Assembly (NCBI GenBank): GCA_964628345.1
Contig: CAZVLZ010000002.1
Location: 1 to 40,807 of the forward strand
DNA: 40,807 nt
Origin: an uncultured Candidatus Peribacteria bacterium
Lineage (GTDB): Bacteria; Patescibacteriota; Gracilibacteria; Peribacterales; Peribacteraceae
Direction of reading: 5' to 3'
Shown: positions 9,289-18,254 of the stretch, in pieces
Numbering within the stretch: the stretch's first letter is position 1
Layout of the letters: each line of letters begins with the position of its first letter
Program-made: the position numbers and the translations under genes
The notes under the pieces: model-generated
Told to the model about the DNA's origin: nothing
What the model saw: only the letters and a program-made list of their open reading frames with translations
Databases searched by the model: none

Positions 9289-11750
9289 TCTTGAGATGAA
9301 CTCGATGCGCCGCAGAAATCAGGTTTTTCAGAGGCGACACGCGGGCAGGTCGTGAGCGGGAATTGCGTCTTCTCCATTGCCCTGAGGAGTTGATTGCCCG
9401 TGCGCAGCGTGTCGGAGAGAACCATGCCTGCCCACGAGAGATACCGGCTCAGGAGCGAGGTGCCGATGCGTGTCGAAATGCTCTGCGTCATACGTTGCAG
9501 CGCGAGCGTGGGGGTTTCGTTCTCCTCAATTTGCGCGGTGAAACTGAGTACCGTCGACACGTAGTCGCTGCCGGGGATATCCAATCGCCGCAGATAGTCG
9601 AACTGGCAGAGGATCGGCGGGGTGGAAGAAGGGAGTCCGTTGATCTGACACAGTGCGCGATCCAGCGATTCCACGAGCAGGCGTGGATTGTAGGCGGGTA
9701 GCAGGGGAGGTGAGATGGCGGGGAGCGTGATCAAACCACCGGCCTGGGGATCACTGACAGCGCAGGTATCCCAGGGAAAGGCTTCATCCCCCGCGACCAA
9801 CGGCATGCGGCCGGGAATCACGCGCGATTGTTCGACGGACTGTTCCACGCACTGCCCGATGTAGCAGAGGTTATTGCCGATCGTGTTTTGGTACTTCGTC
9901 TGGCACCCGGGCGAACAGGCACCATTGAGACCTTCGATCATGGAAAGAACGCGGCTGTCCAGGCGGGCCATTCCCGAAAGTCCACCGCTCGTCAGTTCAT
10001 TGCAGGACGGTGAGGTTGTCGTCGCATCTTTGCGCTGGAGTTGTTGCTCCACCAGTGTCTTCATATTGGCGACGGCGAATGCGGAACAGGCCTTTTCCCC
10101 GAAGCGCTGACAGCTCGCATTGGCCGATCTCCCGGCGCATTCCTCCAGAGACATGCCCAATGCCTCCAGGATGCCATCCTCCGCCAGAATGCGGCAGGAG
10201 GCGCGATAGGCTTCGAATTCGTGCGCGCAGCAATGTTCCGCCGTGTCAAAAATATCCGTGTCGGCTGCGAGATTGCAGAGCTGCTGTGCATGGGTGAGTT
10301 CGTGGACCAGCATCGACAAGAGTCCGCTGCGTGGAGTATCGCTATCAATGCAGATGCGTATCTTTCCGTTTTCATCCTTGCGGCTGGTAGAGCCTGATGC
10401 CCCTCCCTCGCAACTCTCGTTGCATGCGATCTCGATCGAACAGAGGCTGCATTCCGATGTGCCTTGGGAGCTGGAAGAGGACTGCATGAGGACATCGCCC
10501 GGGATGCGCCACCAGCCCGTGCGGCAGATGTCGGGTCCGGAGGCCGAGAGCGTCACCGGTTGTTTGGCCTGCATCGGCTTGCACTCCGTCAGCACGATGG
10601 AGCGCGGCTCCTTATCTTCGATCTCAGCGTTGCACCGGTCATGGCGCAGCGGGCGGCAGAGGTAGCCGTCACGCGCGAAGGCAAGATGGCACAGCCCGCC
10701 TTCCTGCTCCGTGGGTTCCACGGGCGGGTCTTCGTACCGTCCTCCCGGGCGGATGGCGAAGCGCTCAAGCACCGTGCAGTACGACTCGCCGAGTGTGCGT
10801 GGGTCGCAATTCTCCCCGCCCACCATGCCGATGGGAACGGGCGTGAGCATCAGATCCCATCCCACGCCCACATCCCGCTTGATGGTCCCGTCCACATTCT
10901 CCGCCATCATCCAGACGATGACATGTGCCGGACTGTCGAGCCTGCGCAACGGGAAGATCACAATTTCTCCTTTCTGCAGGGGGGGGTCAAATGAGAGCGC
11001 CGCGGAGGGCAGGGCATTACGCAGAGCACGGAGTTTCTCCTCCACCTTGCACGCACGCTTCTCGATGGCTTCGAAGAGCTCTGTCGGGCCATTGACCTCG
11101 CGGCACGGTTCCTTGTCGAAAGCGCTGATGCCGTAGCGGTACCGCCAGACGGCGTGCGGCATTGCATTCTGGAGCTCCGCGCCCAGTTCGCTGAACATGC
11201 GGTCCGTGACGCTGTCCGGGCGGGGAACGGCGCGCACCTGCGGAAAGACTTCGGGAGTCAGCAGGACGTCATCCTGACTGCGCCAGAGGTTGCGAATCGT
11301 CAATGTGCGCTCGGCGATGGTGAACACCTCTCCCATGTTGCCGCTCACGCCGGTCTCGTAGCCCGTTGCGATGTGCAGGAGGTCCGTTGCGAGTGTCCGT
11401 GTTTCAAGGATGTCGGTTCCCCAGTCGCGGAACATCTGGTACTTCTGCGCACAGGCATCGAACGTGGCATCGTACATCTCGCAGAAGTCGTCGTAACGCG
11501 TTTCAAAGGCCGCCTTCACCACCTCTTTCATGTCCTCCACACTCTTGCCCTCCGGGATCATTTTCTCCTGCCCGGCCATCTGCGCCACGTATGCGATGAT
11601 CTCATCATCCACCTGCTCCAGAGCCACTTCCTGAAGCGTGATGGTATGCATCGTGTCGTAGAGCTGCAGTTCGTCGGGAGCCTGTGCGAGCACCGTGCCG
11701 ACAGGCAGGAGGAGGAGGAAGAAGCCGGCGTAGAGTGTACGGCGGTTCAT
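9285..11750 (-). CDS. secreted Cys-rich protein with an HExxH zincin-like motif (gene 4 of 5)
   Basis: 821 aa. Signal peptide MNRRTLYAGFFLLLLPVGTVLAQA. HELTH is encoded at 10304-10290, followed by HEFEAY 23 residues later. The start abuts the upstream stop. Confidence 0.78.
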   Translation of the reverse strand: MNRRTLYAGFFLLLLPVGTVLAQAPDELQLYDTMHTITLQEVALEQVDDEIIAYVAQMAGQEKMIPEGKSVEDMKEVVKAAFETRYDDFCEMYDATFDACAQKYQMFRDWGTDILETRTLATDLLHIATGYETGVSGNMGEVFTIAERTLTIRNLWRSQDDVLLTPEVFPQVRAVPRPDSVTDRMFSELGAELQNAMPHAVWRYRYGISAFDKEPCREVNGPTELFEAIEKRACKVEEKLRALRNALPSAALSFDPPLQKGEIVIFPLRRLDSPAHVIVWMMAENVDGTIKRDVGVGWDLMLTPVPIGMVGGENCDPRTLGESYCTVLERFAIRPGGRYEDPPVEPTEQEGGLCHLAFARDGYLCRPLRHDRCNAEIEDKEPRSIVLTECKPMQAKQPVTLSASGPDICRTGWWRIPGDVLMQSSSSSQGTSECSLCSIEIACNESCEGGASGSTSRKDENGKIRICIDSDTPRSGLLSMLVHELTHAQQLCNLAADTDIFDTAEHCCAHEFEAYRASCRILAEDGILEALGMSLEECAGRSANASCQRFGEKACSAFAVANMKTLVEQQLQRKDATTTSPSCNELTSGGLSGMARLDSRVLSMIEGLNGACSPGCQTKYQNTIGNNLCYIGQCVEQSVEQSRVIPGRMPLVAGDEAFPWDTCAVSDPQAGGLITLPAISPPLLPAYNPRLLVESLDRALCQINGLPSSTPPILCQFDYLRRLDIPGSDYVSTVLSFTAQIEENETPTLALQRMTQSISTRIGTSLLSRYLSWAGMVLSDTLRTGNQLLRAMEKTQFPLTTCPRVASEKPDFCGASSSSQE

Positions 11751-12533
11751 TTACGGCAAATCACGGAGAGGATCTTTTGCATTCCAGATGCGCGGCAGAC
11801 AGGCAGCGGCTTCCGCGCCCAGTGCGAGAGCATTGCGGACGTCGATGGATGCGCGCTCGATACACTGCAGTTCCGTATGGAGCGGGAGAAGACGGCTCAT
11901 GCCTGCCAGGACCGCGAGCGAGCGATTGAGTGTGGCCCGCGCGGTCGTGAGTTCCCGCGCGATGATCCGGTCTTCTTCCGTTGTTTCCTCCAGGAGCTGC
12001 GTGAGCACGGTTTCCGTCGATTCCCCCTTGGCTTTCAGTTTGCTTTCCAGCTCGTTGAGCGCGTCAGGGTGCAGGAAGTACAGGCGTTCCTCCAGTGCAC
12101 ATTCGTAAGAGCGGAGGAATTCGAGGAGCACGGCACTCATCTCCCACTGACTGACGGAAGTGTCCTTCCATCCCGGCAATTGAGCGGCCAGTTTCGTAAG
12201 CTCGGGTCCCGCGGGCAGCACGCCATTCCCCGTTTCCGCAGCGCACTGCGGCGCGCGTGCGAACGACTGTATGTGCTCTTCAATGACGGCGGCGGCGGTA
12301 TCGTGATACGCCTTCGGCCAATCGGCGAAATTTCCGTTCGTGAACGGCAGCCGCGAGTACCCTTCGCTGAAGCGCGAACAGGGCGTGAGAATGGAATTCT
12401 CCTTTTCGCGTTGTGCGAGCAACGCGATGCTCGTCCCCGTGGGCGCCATTTTGTTCATGACGATTCCGGCTCCACCCACCGCCAGCAGGAGGAAGAGGAG
12501 AGAGCCGATGATGCGCGAGGAGCGGTATGTCAT
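11751..12533 (-). CDS. signal-anchored / secreted orphan protein (gene 3 of 5)
   Basis: 260 aa. N-terminal hydrophobic segment IIGSLLFLLLAVGGAGIV. ATGA overlap with the upstream gene. The rest looks largely helical. Confidence 0.7.
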   Translation of the reverse strand: MTYRSSRIIGSLLFLLLAVGGAGIVMNKMAPTGTSIALLAQREKENSILTPCSRFSEGYSRLPFTNGNFADWPKAYHDTAAAVIEEHIQSFARAPQCAAETGNGVLPAGPELTKLAAQLPGWKDTSVSQWEMSAVLLEFLRSYECALEERLYFLHPDALNELESKLKAKGESTETVLTQLLEETTEEDRIIARELTTARATLNRSLAVLAGMSRLLPLHTELQCIERASIDVRNALALGAEAAACLPRIWNAKDPLRDLP

Positions 12534-13366
12534 TCTTCCGATGTGATGGGAGGACTTTCGTCACAACTGGCGATGAAGCAGGGGATGCGATAGAGGCTGC
12601 CGACGAGCTCCGCGGTTTTGCGCAGGGAATTGGCGAGCGGCCAGCGGAATTCCTGCAAAAAGGCGTCCATCTGGCCCGAAAGCTGGAGCAGGGAACGGTA
12701 GCCGGCGTCGTATTCCGTCGTCTGCTTCAGAAGATCCTTCTCGCGCTGCACGAGGCCGTCACGCACGAAGCGGCAGTACGTCAGCACATCGGCCTCCTCC
12801 ACTTTCTGTCCGTCCGCCGCGAACAGATGGCATGTGGGGAAGGTGGTCCGCTTCTCCTCAATGCACCCCGGCACCACAATCGTCACTTCCTGCGGGTCGG
12901 TGCCCGCCTGCTGCAGGGAATTCTCCACAACCTTGCAGACGATCGTGGAGCGGCACTTCAGCGTGCGGAAGGCCTGCGTGAGGTATGGCACCAGATCCGA
13001 GGTCGCGACGCGGCGTGTTTCGAAAATGCCTTTGCGCTGCGGGAGTTCGCTGCGCTCGTCCATCAGTGCATCGCGCCATTCCGTCTCTTCGTATCCCGGC
13101 GAAACCGATCGCCAGGTGTTCTCCTTCTCCTTGATCCAGGGCAGTCCGTCCGTGTCGAACCGGACTTCATTGACGGGAGCGTCTTTCGCCTTCTTCTGGC
13201 CGAAGAGGACGCTGCGGTACAGGCGCTGTTCTCTGGCGAGGGCCGTCTCGACCTCCGCGCGGCACGAGGCCATGTCCGCTCTGGCGGCAGACTGCGAGAA
13301 TCCCAGTGCGGGGACGATGAGCAGGAGAACGACGAGTGGCCAGTGGAGAGCTGAACGGCAGGTCAT
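12530..13366 (-). CDS. secreted orphan protein (gene 2 of 5)
   Basis: 278 aa. Signal peptide MTCRSALHWPLVVLLLIVPALGFSQSAARA. The start lies 1 nt after the upstream stop (TGAcATG). Confidence 0.72.
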   Translation of the reverse strand: MTCRSALHWPLVVLLLIVPALGFSQSAARADMASCRAEVETALAREQRLYRSVLFGQKKAKDAPVNEVRFDTDGLPWIKEKENTWRSVSPGYEETEWRDALMDERSELPQRKGIFETRRVATSDLVPYLTQAFRTLKCRSTIVCKVVENSLQQAGTDPQEVTIVVPGCIEEKRTTFPTCHLFAADGQKVEEADVLTYCRFVRDGLVQREKDLLKQTTEYDAGYRSLLQLSGQMDAFLQEFRWPLANSLRKTAELVGSLYRIPCFIASCDESPPITSEE

Positions 13367-13367
13367 G

Positions 13368-16300
13368 TCATGGGGAGGAGCTGCTCTGTCCGAAACGGGG
13401 AACGGGCAGCGTGATGGGGGCTGGAATATTGAAGGATGGCAGCATGTCGTCCGGATCGACGATGTAGGGGAAGGAGCTCGAGCTGTTTCCCGGGATTGTT
13501 TCCTTCCTCAGACGGTTGCGCAGATTCGCGAGATCCTCCTTGCCGGCATCTTCCTTTACTCCCTCGATACGCCATCCCTCGCGCGCGTACGATTTTTGCA
13601 CATTGAGAATCTGGCAAGCGAAGTCCTCGCGCGGGCAGGGCGGAACAGCTGTCGGGGGGGTAAGCTGCATACTCGGCAGTTTGCCTGCCGCATCAGCGCT
13701 CTTCAGCACCGTTGTCCGCTGTAACCCATACGCGGCGAAATCTTCCTTCAATTGGACGGCCGGCCGGGCGCCGATGCGGGTGAAACGTTCGAGCAGGTCC
13801 ATCTCGACGTGGACACAGGGCATGGCACTGAGGTTCTGGCAGTCCCACTTCTTCTCAGGGACATCTTGTTCGGGATAGGTCGTGATGCTGTCCCAGAACG
13901 TCTTGTACGTCTCATCCATTTTCGTGAACATCTCTGCGATGCGGTCCATCACCTGTCCGACCTTCGGCGGGAGAGTCGCGACAGTCGGATTCGCCTGTGA
14001 AGGGGAAGACAGGTGGATGACCTTGGTTGGAAAGAGAGTACTCAACACTTCCCGATAGATGGTCGGCACGGGAGGGAGATCCGGCAATTTGCTCAGCTCT
14101 TCCAGCTGCGCAGACACATCGGCGACATCTTCGTAGAACGCAGGAGGATTGAGGAGGGGTTGATTCAGCCGGATTTGGATGGGATTCAGGACAGGCAGCA
14201 GGACGGTTCCTGTCGATACCCGCAACGCCGTGAAGTCGTACACGAGATCGGGCAGAATCGTGACGTTCAGCCGCGGGAGTTTTTCCGTTTCCAGATCATT
14301 CGCCGGCGGATCATCGATGTTCAGTGTGAGATTGCGCGGATTCGCCGGCCCCGGCATCCACTGGTCAAGGAAGGAGTAAACGGGTGTGGTGAAGCGGTCA
14401 TTGCGGCACCAGGGCATGTTCGTCTGGTCGTGGAAGACGCGGTATTTCTGCTGAATTTCCTCCCACTTCGGTTTGAGCGTGAGGCTCTGCTGCCGGAGGG
14501 CGGAGTAGCGCTCCCACGTTCCCAGGTTCTGTGTCAGCCAATCGCCGATTGCCCGCATCATCTCGCCCTGGTAGGTGAGCAGTCTGCCGATGTACTGCGC
14601 CATTTCCCCCCGCAGTTGTCGCACCTGATCGATGCGCTCCGCGTAGTCCTCGAGTTTTTTCGCCACCATCTCCGCTTTCACTTTTGCCTCTCCCTCCCGT
14701 TCCTCACCCCAGCGCTTCCAACCCTGTGCGAGTGCACGGAGCTCCGCGGGAGAGGCAAGCGGTACGACGAGCGGAACCGTTTCCTCCTGCACGTGGATGA
14801 GGAGGCCGTTCTGCAGGTAGGCGCTCACTTCGGAAAGCAGGTCTTCGGGTGAGGAGCGGACCTGGATGTCAATGATCTGCCGGTTGAACGGACGCGAACT
14901 CTGCGCACTGCTGCTTTGCGGAGTCAGGAAAGGATCATGGAGATCCAGTCCGACGGTCGTGGGCGTTGGCAGGATGAGCCGGAGGACGGGAGAGGTGAAA
15001 AGTTTGTGCGCCTGCGTCTGCTGCTCTTGCCACCACTCCGTGATCACGCGTCGACCGGGGTTGTCGGTATTGACTGTGTCATCCGTGGATCGCAGTAAGC
15101 TCCCGCTCGAGAACGGCCGTTCCTTATCCAGCTGTGCCGTGGGCATCATGTCGGTACTGTCGAGTTGCAGGAGCGGGAAGAGGTTGTCTTTGGGCGATTG
15201 CTGGATCTTTTTGCCATTCAGGAGCGAAAAAGCATCGCTGAAATCGTTCACCCACAAATCCTTGCGCGTGTCGCGCGCGGCCGCGTGCTCGTATGCGGGA
15301 TCCGTCAGGTTCGAGTTTTGCCCGTATTCCCCTTTTCCCTTCTGCGTCTCCTTCATGGTGTTGAATTTCTTGTCGCTCTCTTCCAGCCGGATCACGCACC
15401 GGTAATCGTCCGTGGTTGTGCGGCGGGACCTGGGATCGAATTCGTCGTACGGGCAATAGCAGTCGACGGGAATGTCGGTTCGTCGCGTGTCGTCCCGTTC
15501 CACGGCGGGCAGGGCATCGCGTTCGTAGCTGACGAGATAGCGCCGGTAATACGACAGGTATTCCCTGCCGTTCGCAATCGTTTTGCCTTTGCGGCATCCG
15601 GTGTCTTCGAGATCCGCCGGCACTTCGGCGTTGAAGTCGAAACCGGGGTTGTTGCGATCTTCCAGCCCATCCCCTCTGCAGGTAATGCAGTTGGCATTCG
15701 CCGTATCCGCAATGGGGGCATCGGAGCAGCAGTAGAGCTGTTCGTCGGTCGCGCACGAGACGGAGGCATAAGGATAGGATGCCTGCAGACGCTGATCCAC
15801 CGGCACCCAGGACTCGTCTCCGCTGTGGCACCAGTCGTTATTCTGGTTGTTGAAACACGGGCTGGTGTCTTCCATAGTCACCGAGACAACCGTTGCCGGA
15901 TCACCTTCCAGCCACGATGCCGTGCAGATCATGTGTCGCTTCACCCAAAAGTTCAGTTGCGTGCACACTTCCTGGCAGCCCTCCGGACTCGCGCATTTGT
16001 ACTCCTCATAGTTCCCGCCAGTCGGAAGACACTCCTGCTTGTACGGAAAGCTGAAATCACATTCATTCACACGGCAGACGGTGGATCTGCCGGTTGCTTT
16101 GTCCGATGGCGGGAAGACGAAGCCGTTTTCCAGCGCTCCACTGGTTTCGTCGCGCCTTGCCAGGCCGCCTGCCGTCACTTCTGACATCAGCGTGTTCGTC
16201 GTGTCCACGAGCAGCCCTCTCCGTCCCGGTGCACCTGTCACCTTCGGGATCTTTCCGTCGATGCTCTGCGCAAAATCCCAGCCGCCGCACATCGCCTCGG

Positions 16301-16454
16301 CGATGTCGCCCCGCACCATACCCACATTGGTCTGCACCGTCTCGAAATCCGTCGGCTCATCGATCGTGAGGGCGCTCGCGCTCTGCGCGAAGAGAGCCCC
16401 CGACGTCAGCAGACCTGCCACGATGATGAGAGGGGATTTCAGACACACGTGCAT
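13368..16454 (-). CDS. large secreted Cys-rich orphan protein (gene 1 of 5)
   Basis: 1028 aa. Signal peptide MHVCLKSPLIIVAGLLTSGALFAQSASA. The N-terminal ~350 aa are dense in Cys, followed by a long helical mid-section and a Pro-rich C-terminal third. No recognisable family. Confidence 0.78.
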   Translation of the reverse strand: MHVCLKSPLIIVAGLLTSGALFAQSASALTIDEPTDFETVQTNVGMVRGDIAEAMCGGWDFAQSIDGKIPKVTGAPGRRGLLVDTTNTLMSEVTAGGLARRDETSGALENGFVFPPSDKATGRSTVCRVNECDFSFPYKQECLPTGGNYEEYKCASPEGCQEVCTQLNFWVKRHMICTASWLEGDPATVVSVTMEDTSPCFNNQNNDWCHSGDESWVPVDQRLQASYPYASVSCATDEQLYCCSDAPIADTANANCITCRGDGLEDRNNPGFDFNAEVPADLEDTGCRKGKTIANGREYLSYYRRYLVSYERDALPAVERDDTRRTDIPVDCYCPYDEFDPRSRRTTTDDYRCVIRLEESDKKFNTMKETQKGKGEYGQNSNLTDPAYEHAAARDTRKDLWVNDFSDAFSLLNGKKIQQSPKDNLFPLLQLDSTDMMPTAQLDKERPFSSGSLLRSTDDTVNTDNPGRRVITEWWQEQQTQAHKLFTSPVLRLILPTPTTVGLDLHDPFLTPQSSSAQSSRPFNRQIIDIQVRSSPEDLLSEVSAYLQNGLLIHVQEETVPLVVPLASPAELRALAQGWKRWGEEREGEAKVKAEMVAKKLEDYAERIDQVRQLRGEMAQYIGRLLTYQGEMMRAIGDWLTQNLGTWERYSALRQQSLTLKPKWEEIQQKYRVFHDQTNMPWCRNDRFTTPVYSFLDQWMPGPANPRNLTLNIDDPPANDLETEKLPRLNVTILPDLVYDFTALRVSTGTVLLPVLNPIQIRLNQPLLNPPAFYEDVADVSAQLEELSKLPDLPPVPTIYREVLSTLFPTKVIHLSSPSQANPTVATLPPKVGQVMDRIAEMFTKMDETYKTFWDSITTYPEQDVPEKKWDCQNLSAMPCVHVEMDLLERFTRIGARPAVQLKEDFAAYGLQRTTVLKSADAAGKLPSMQLTPPTAVPPCPREDFACQILNVQKSYAREGWRIEGVKEDAGKEDLANLRNRLRKETIPGNSSSSFPYIVDPDDMLPSFNIPAPITLPVPRFGQSSSSP

Positions 16455-16464
16455 CGTGGCCGAT

Positions 16465-16473
16465 ATCGTACCA
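16465..16473 (-). promoter_or_regulatory. candidate extended -10 (TGGTACGAT) for the 5-gene operon
   Basis: TGnTAnnnT lies 10 nt upstream of the ATG at 16454. It is embedded in the inverted repeat CGTGG(16455-59)/CCACG(16471-75). Confidence 0.35.
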
Positions 16474-16478
16474 CGATA

Positions 16479-16513
16479 GGGATTGGGGATTAGAGATTAG
16501 GGATTGGGAATTG
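16479..16513. repeat. five tandem heptamers: GGGATTG GGGATTA GAGATTA GGGATTG GGAATTG
   Basis: Read directly from the sequence. Located in the divergent region between the 5-gene operon and ssb. Confidence 0.9.
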
Positions 16514-16643
16514 TGGGAGCTTGAATACATTGCGAATGAGACTCTGCGATTGTTCAACTCCTTTCGTTTGCGCGGGGATTTCTCGGGTGTACCGTGCCCC
16601 TCCGCGGCACAGTGGCCTCCTCTATTTACTTTCCCCATACGGC

Positions 16644-17501
16644 ATGTTTTCCCTCAATCGCGTGCACATCATCGGTTATCAGACACAACCTGTTGAAATT
16701 CGCCAGACTCCCGGAGGGACGAGTGTCGTTGATTTGAATCTGGTCGTGCCGTACTCCTTTCAGGCTGAGAAGGGCGAGACGCTGCAGGGGCGCGCGTTCC
16801 ACACGGTGACCCTTTGGGGCTCCATGGCGGATTTCGCCGGCCAGTACGTGCGGCCGGGTTCGCAGATCTTCATCGGCGGACGACTGCAGACGGACTCCTG
16901 GGAGGATCAGACCACGCACGAGAAGCGCAACAAGACGAAAATCGTGGCGCTCGACATGATCCTGCTCGATCCGAAGGACGGGCAGCTGCCGACTCCGGAT
17001 GCCGCCAAACTCACCCTCAATGCCGTGAACCGCGCGGATATCGTCGGCAACATCACCCGTGACCCCGAGATCCGCACGACCACCGGCGGCAAGCAGGTGC
17101 TCACACTGGGAGTCGCCACCAATGATCGCTGGAAGGAGCGTTCCACCGGCGAGACCAAGGAGCGCGCCGAGTTCCATAACGTGGTGATCTGGGGTGCGCT
17201 TGCCGAGGAGGTGGGCAAGATCGTGCACAAAGGCAGCCGCGTCTTTGTCTCGGGCCGCGTACAGACACGGAGTTGGGAAACACAGCAGGGTCAGAAGCGC
17301 ACGACCACCGAGATCGTCGCCGATCAGTGCGCGCTGCTCGGCGTGCGCAATGCTTCTGCGCTTGAGACTGTGGAGACGAGTGCGCAGCGTCGTTCCACCC
17401 CGCGGTCGCACGAGGCGCCTTCCGCCGAAGCACCGGCATCGGCAGATATCCCCGACATTCAGTATGCCTCTGAGGTGAAAGTGGAGGATCTGCCGTTTTG
17501 A
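16644..17501 (+). CDS. ssb: single-stranded DNA-binding protein with two tandem OB folds
   Basis: Start trimmed to MFSLNRVHIIGY. Two SSB-like OB domains (NRVHIIGYQTQPVEIRQTPGG...GRLQTDSWED and NRADIVGNITRDPEIRTTTGG...GRVQTRSWET). Disordered tail ending in EDLPF. Confidence 0.9.
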   Translation: MFSLNRVHIIGYQTQPVEIRQTPGGTSVVDLNLVVPYSFQAEKGETLQGRAFHTVTLWGSMADFAGQYVRPGSQIFIGGRLQTDSWEDQTTHEKRNKTKIVALDMILLDPKDGQLPTPDAAKLTLNAVNRADIVGNITRDPEIRTTTGGKQVLTLGVATNDRWKERSTGETKERAEFHNVVIWGALAEEVGKIVHKGSRVFVSGRVQTRSWETQQGQKRTTTEIVADQCALLGVRNASALETVETSAQRRSTPRSHEAPSAEAPASADIPDIQYASEVKVEDLPF

Positions 17502-17558
17502 TGCGTTCGGTGCAGCCGTATCCATATTGACGTTTCCTGCCAGAGAGAAGAAGCTTTC

Positions 17559-18254
17559 ATGCCAATGGAAGTCCCTTCACCCATTAATCCCTTTTCTCAA
17601 GCGGAGGATTGTCCGCCCCTTCCCCGTCAGGATTGCAGCGTCGAACAGGTGACGGCCTTCTATCACAACCTCTCGCAGCAAACGTGTCCTGCGCTGCGTG
17701 CTAAAGATGGTGCGTCTATCGGGTACCGGAGAGATGGTCACACGTTCATACTCGCGTTCGATCACGACTCGGCGTCCGTCGCATCTTCTGCGCCCGCGGA
17801 ATGGGCGGCGGAGTCCAGTCTTCCTTTCACCGCGGATGATCTGCCGGTTTTTATGGGTGCCATCAAAGCGGTTCGTACCGAGACGCAGAAAACCCGTCAG
17901 CAGGTATCTGATCTTTCCCTGGCATCGGAAGATCCATCATTTTCGTGCCTGTCCGATGAATTACCTTCTTCCCTCACCGTTCCTGTTTTTTCCTGCGTCA
18001 TTCCGTCACCACGGGCCGATGAGGTCAATGTGCTCGCACTCGTCAAAGGGGAAGAGCGGTACGTGCTTCTCTACACTGACGACAATCGTGCGGAGGCGCT
18101 GCGTGTGCTCGGAAGATTCGCGAGCGATCCGGATCTCAGCTTCACCTGGTACGACGCTGCTGTTTTAAGCCAGAAAATCCGACACGAGTCGCAGAAAACA
18201 CAGTCCTATCAACAGATGTTTCCGTGGGCTCCGCCACCTGTTTTCCATTTGTAG
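17559..18254 (+). CDS. hypothetical protein
   Basis: 231-aa ORF downstream of ssb with genome-typical codon bias. No recognisable motif. The start could instead be M3 (17565). Confidence 0.55.
   Translation: MPMEVPSPINPFSQAEDCPPLPRQDCSVEQVTAFYHNLSQQTCPALRAKDGASIGYRRDGHTFILAFDHDSASVASSAPAEWAAESSLPFTADDLPVFMGAIKAVRTETQKTRQQVSDLSLASEDPSFSCLSDELPSSLTVPVFSCVIPSPRADEVNVLALVKGEERYVLLYTDDNRAEALRVLGRFASDPDLSFTWYDAAVLSQKIRHESQKTQSYQQMFPWAPPPVFHL

Noticed and set aside
16479-16513. Heptamer array as a genuine telomeric repeat or replicon end
   Set aside because: Only five degenerate copies, embedded between two normally oriented chromosomal genes. Treated as a promoter-region repeat.
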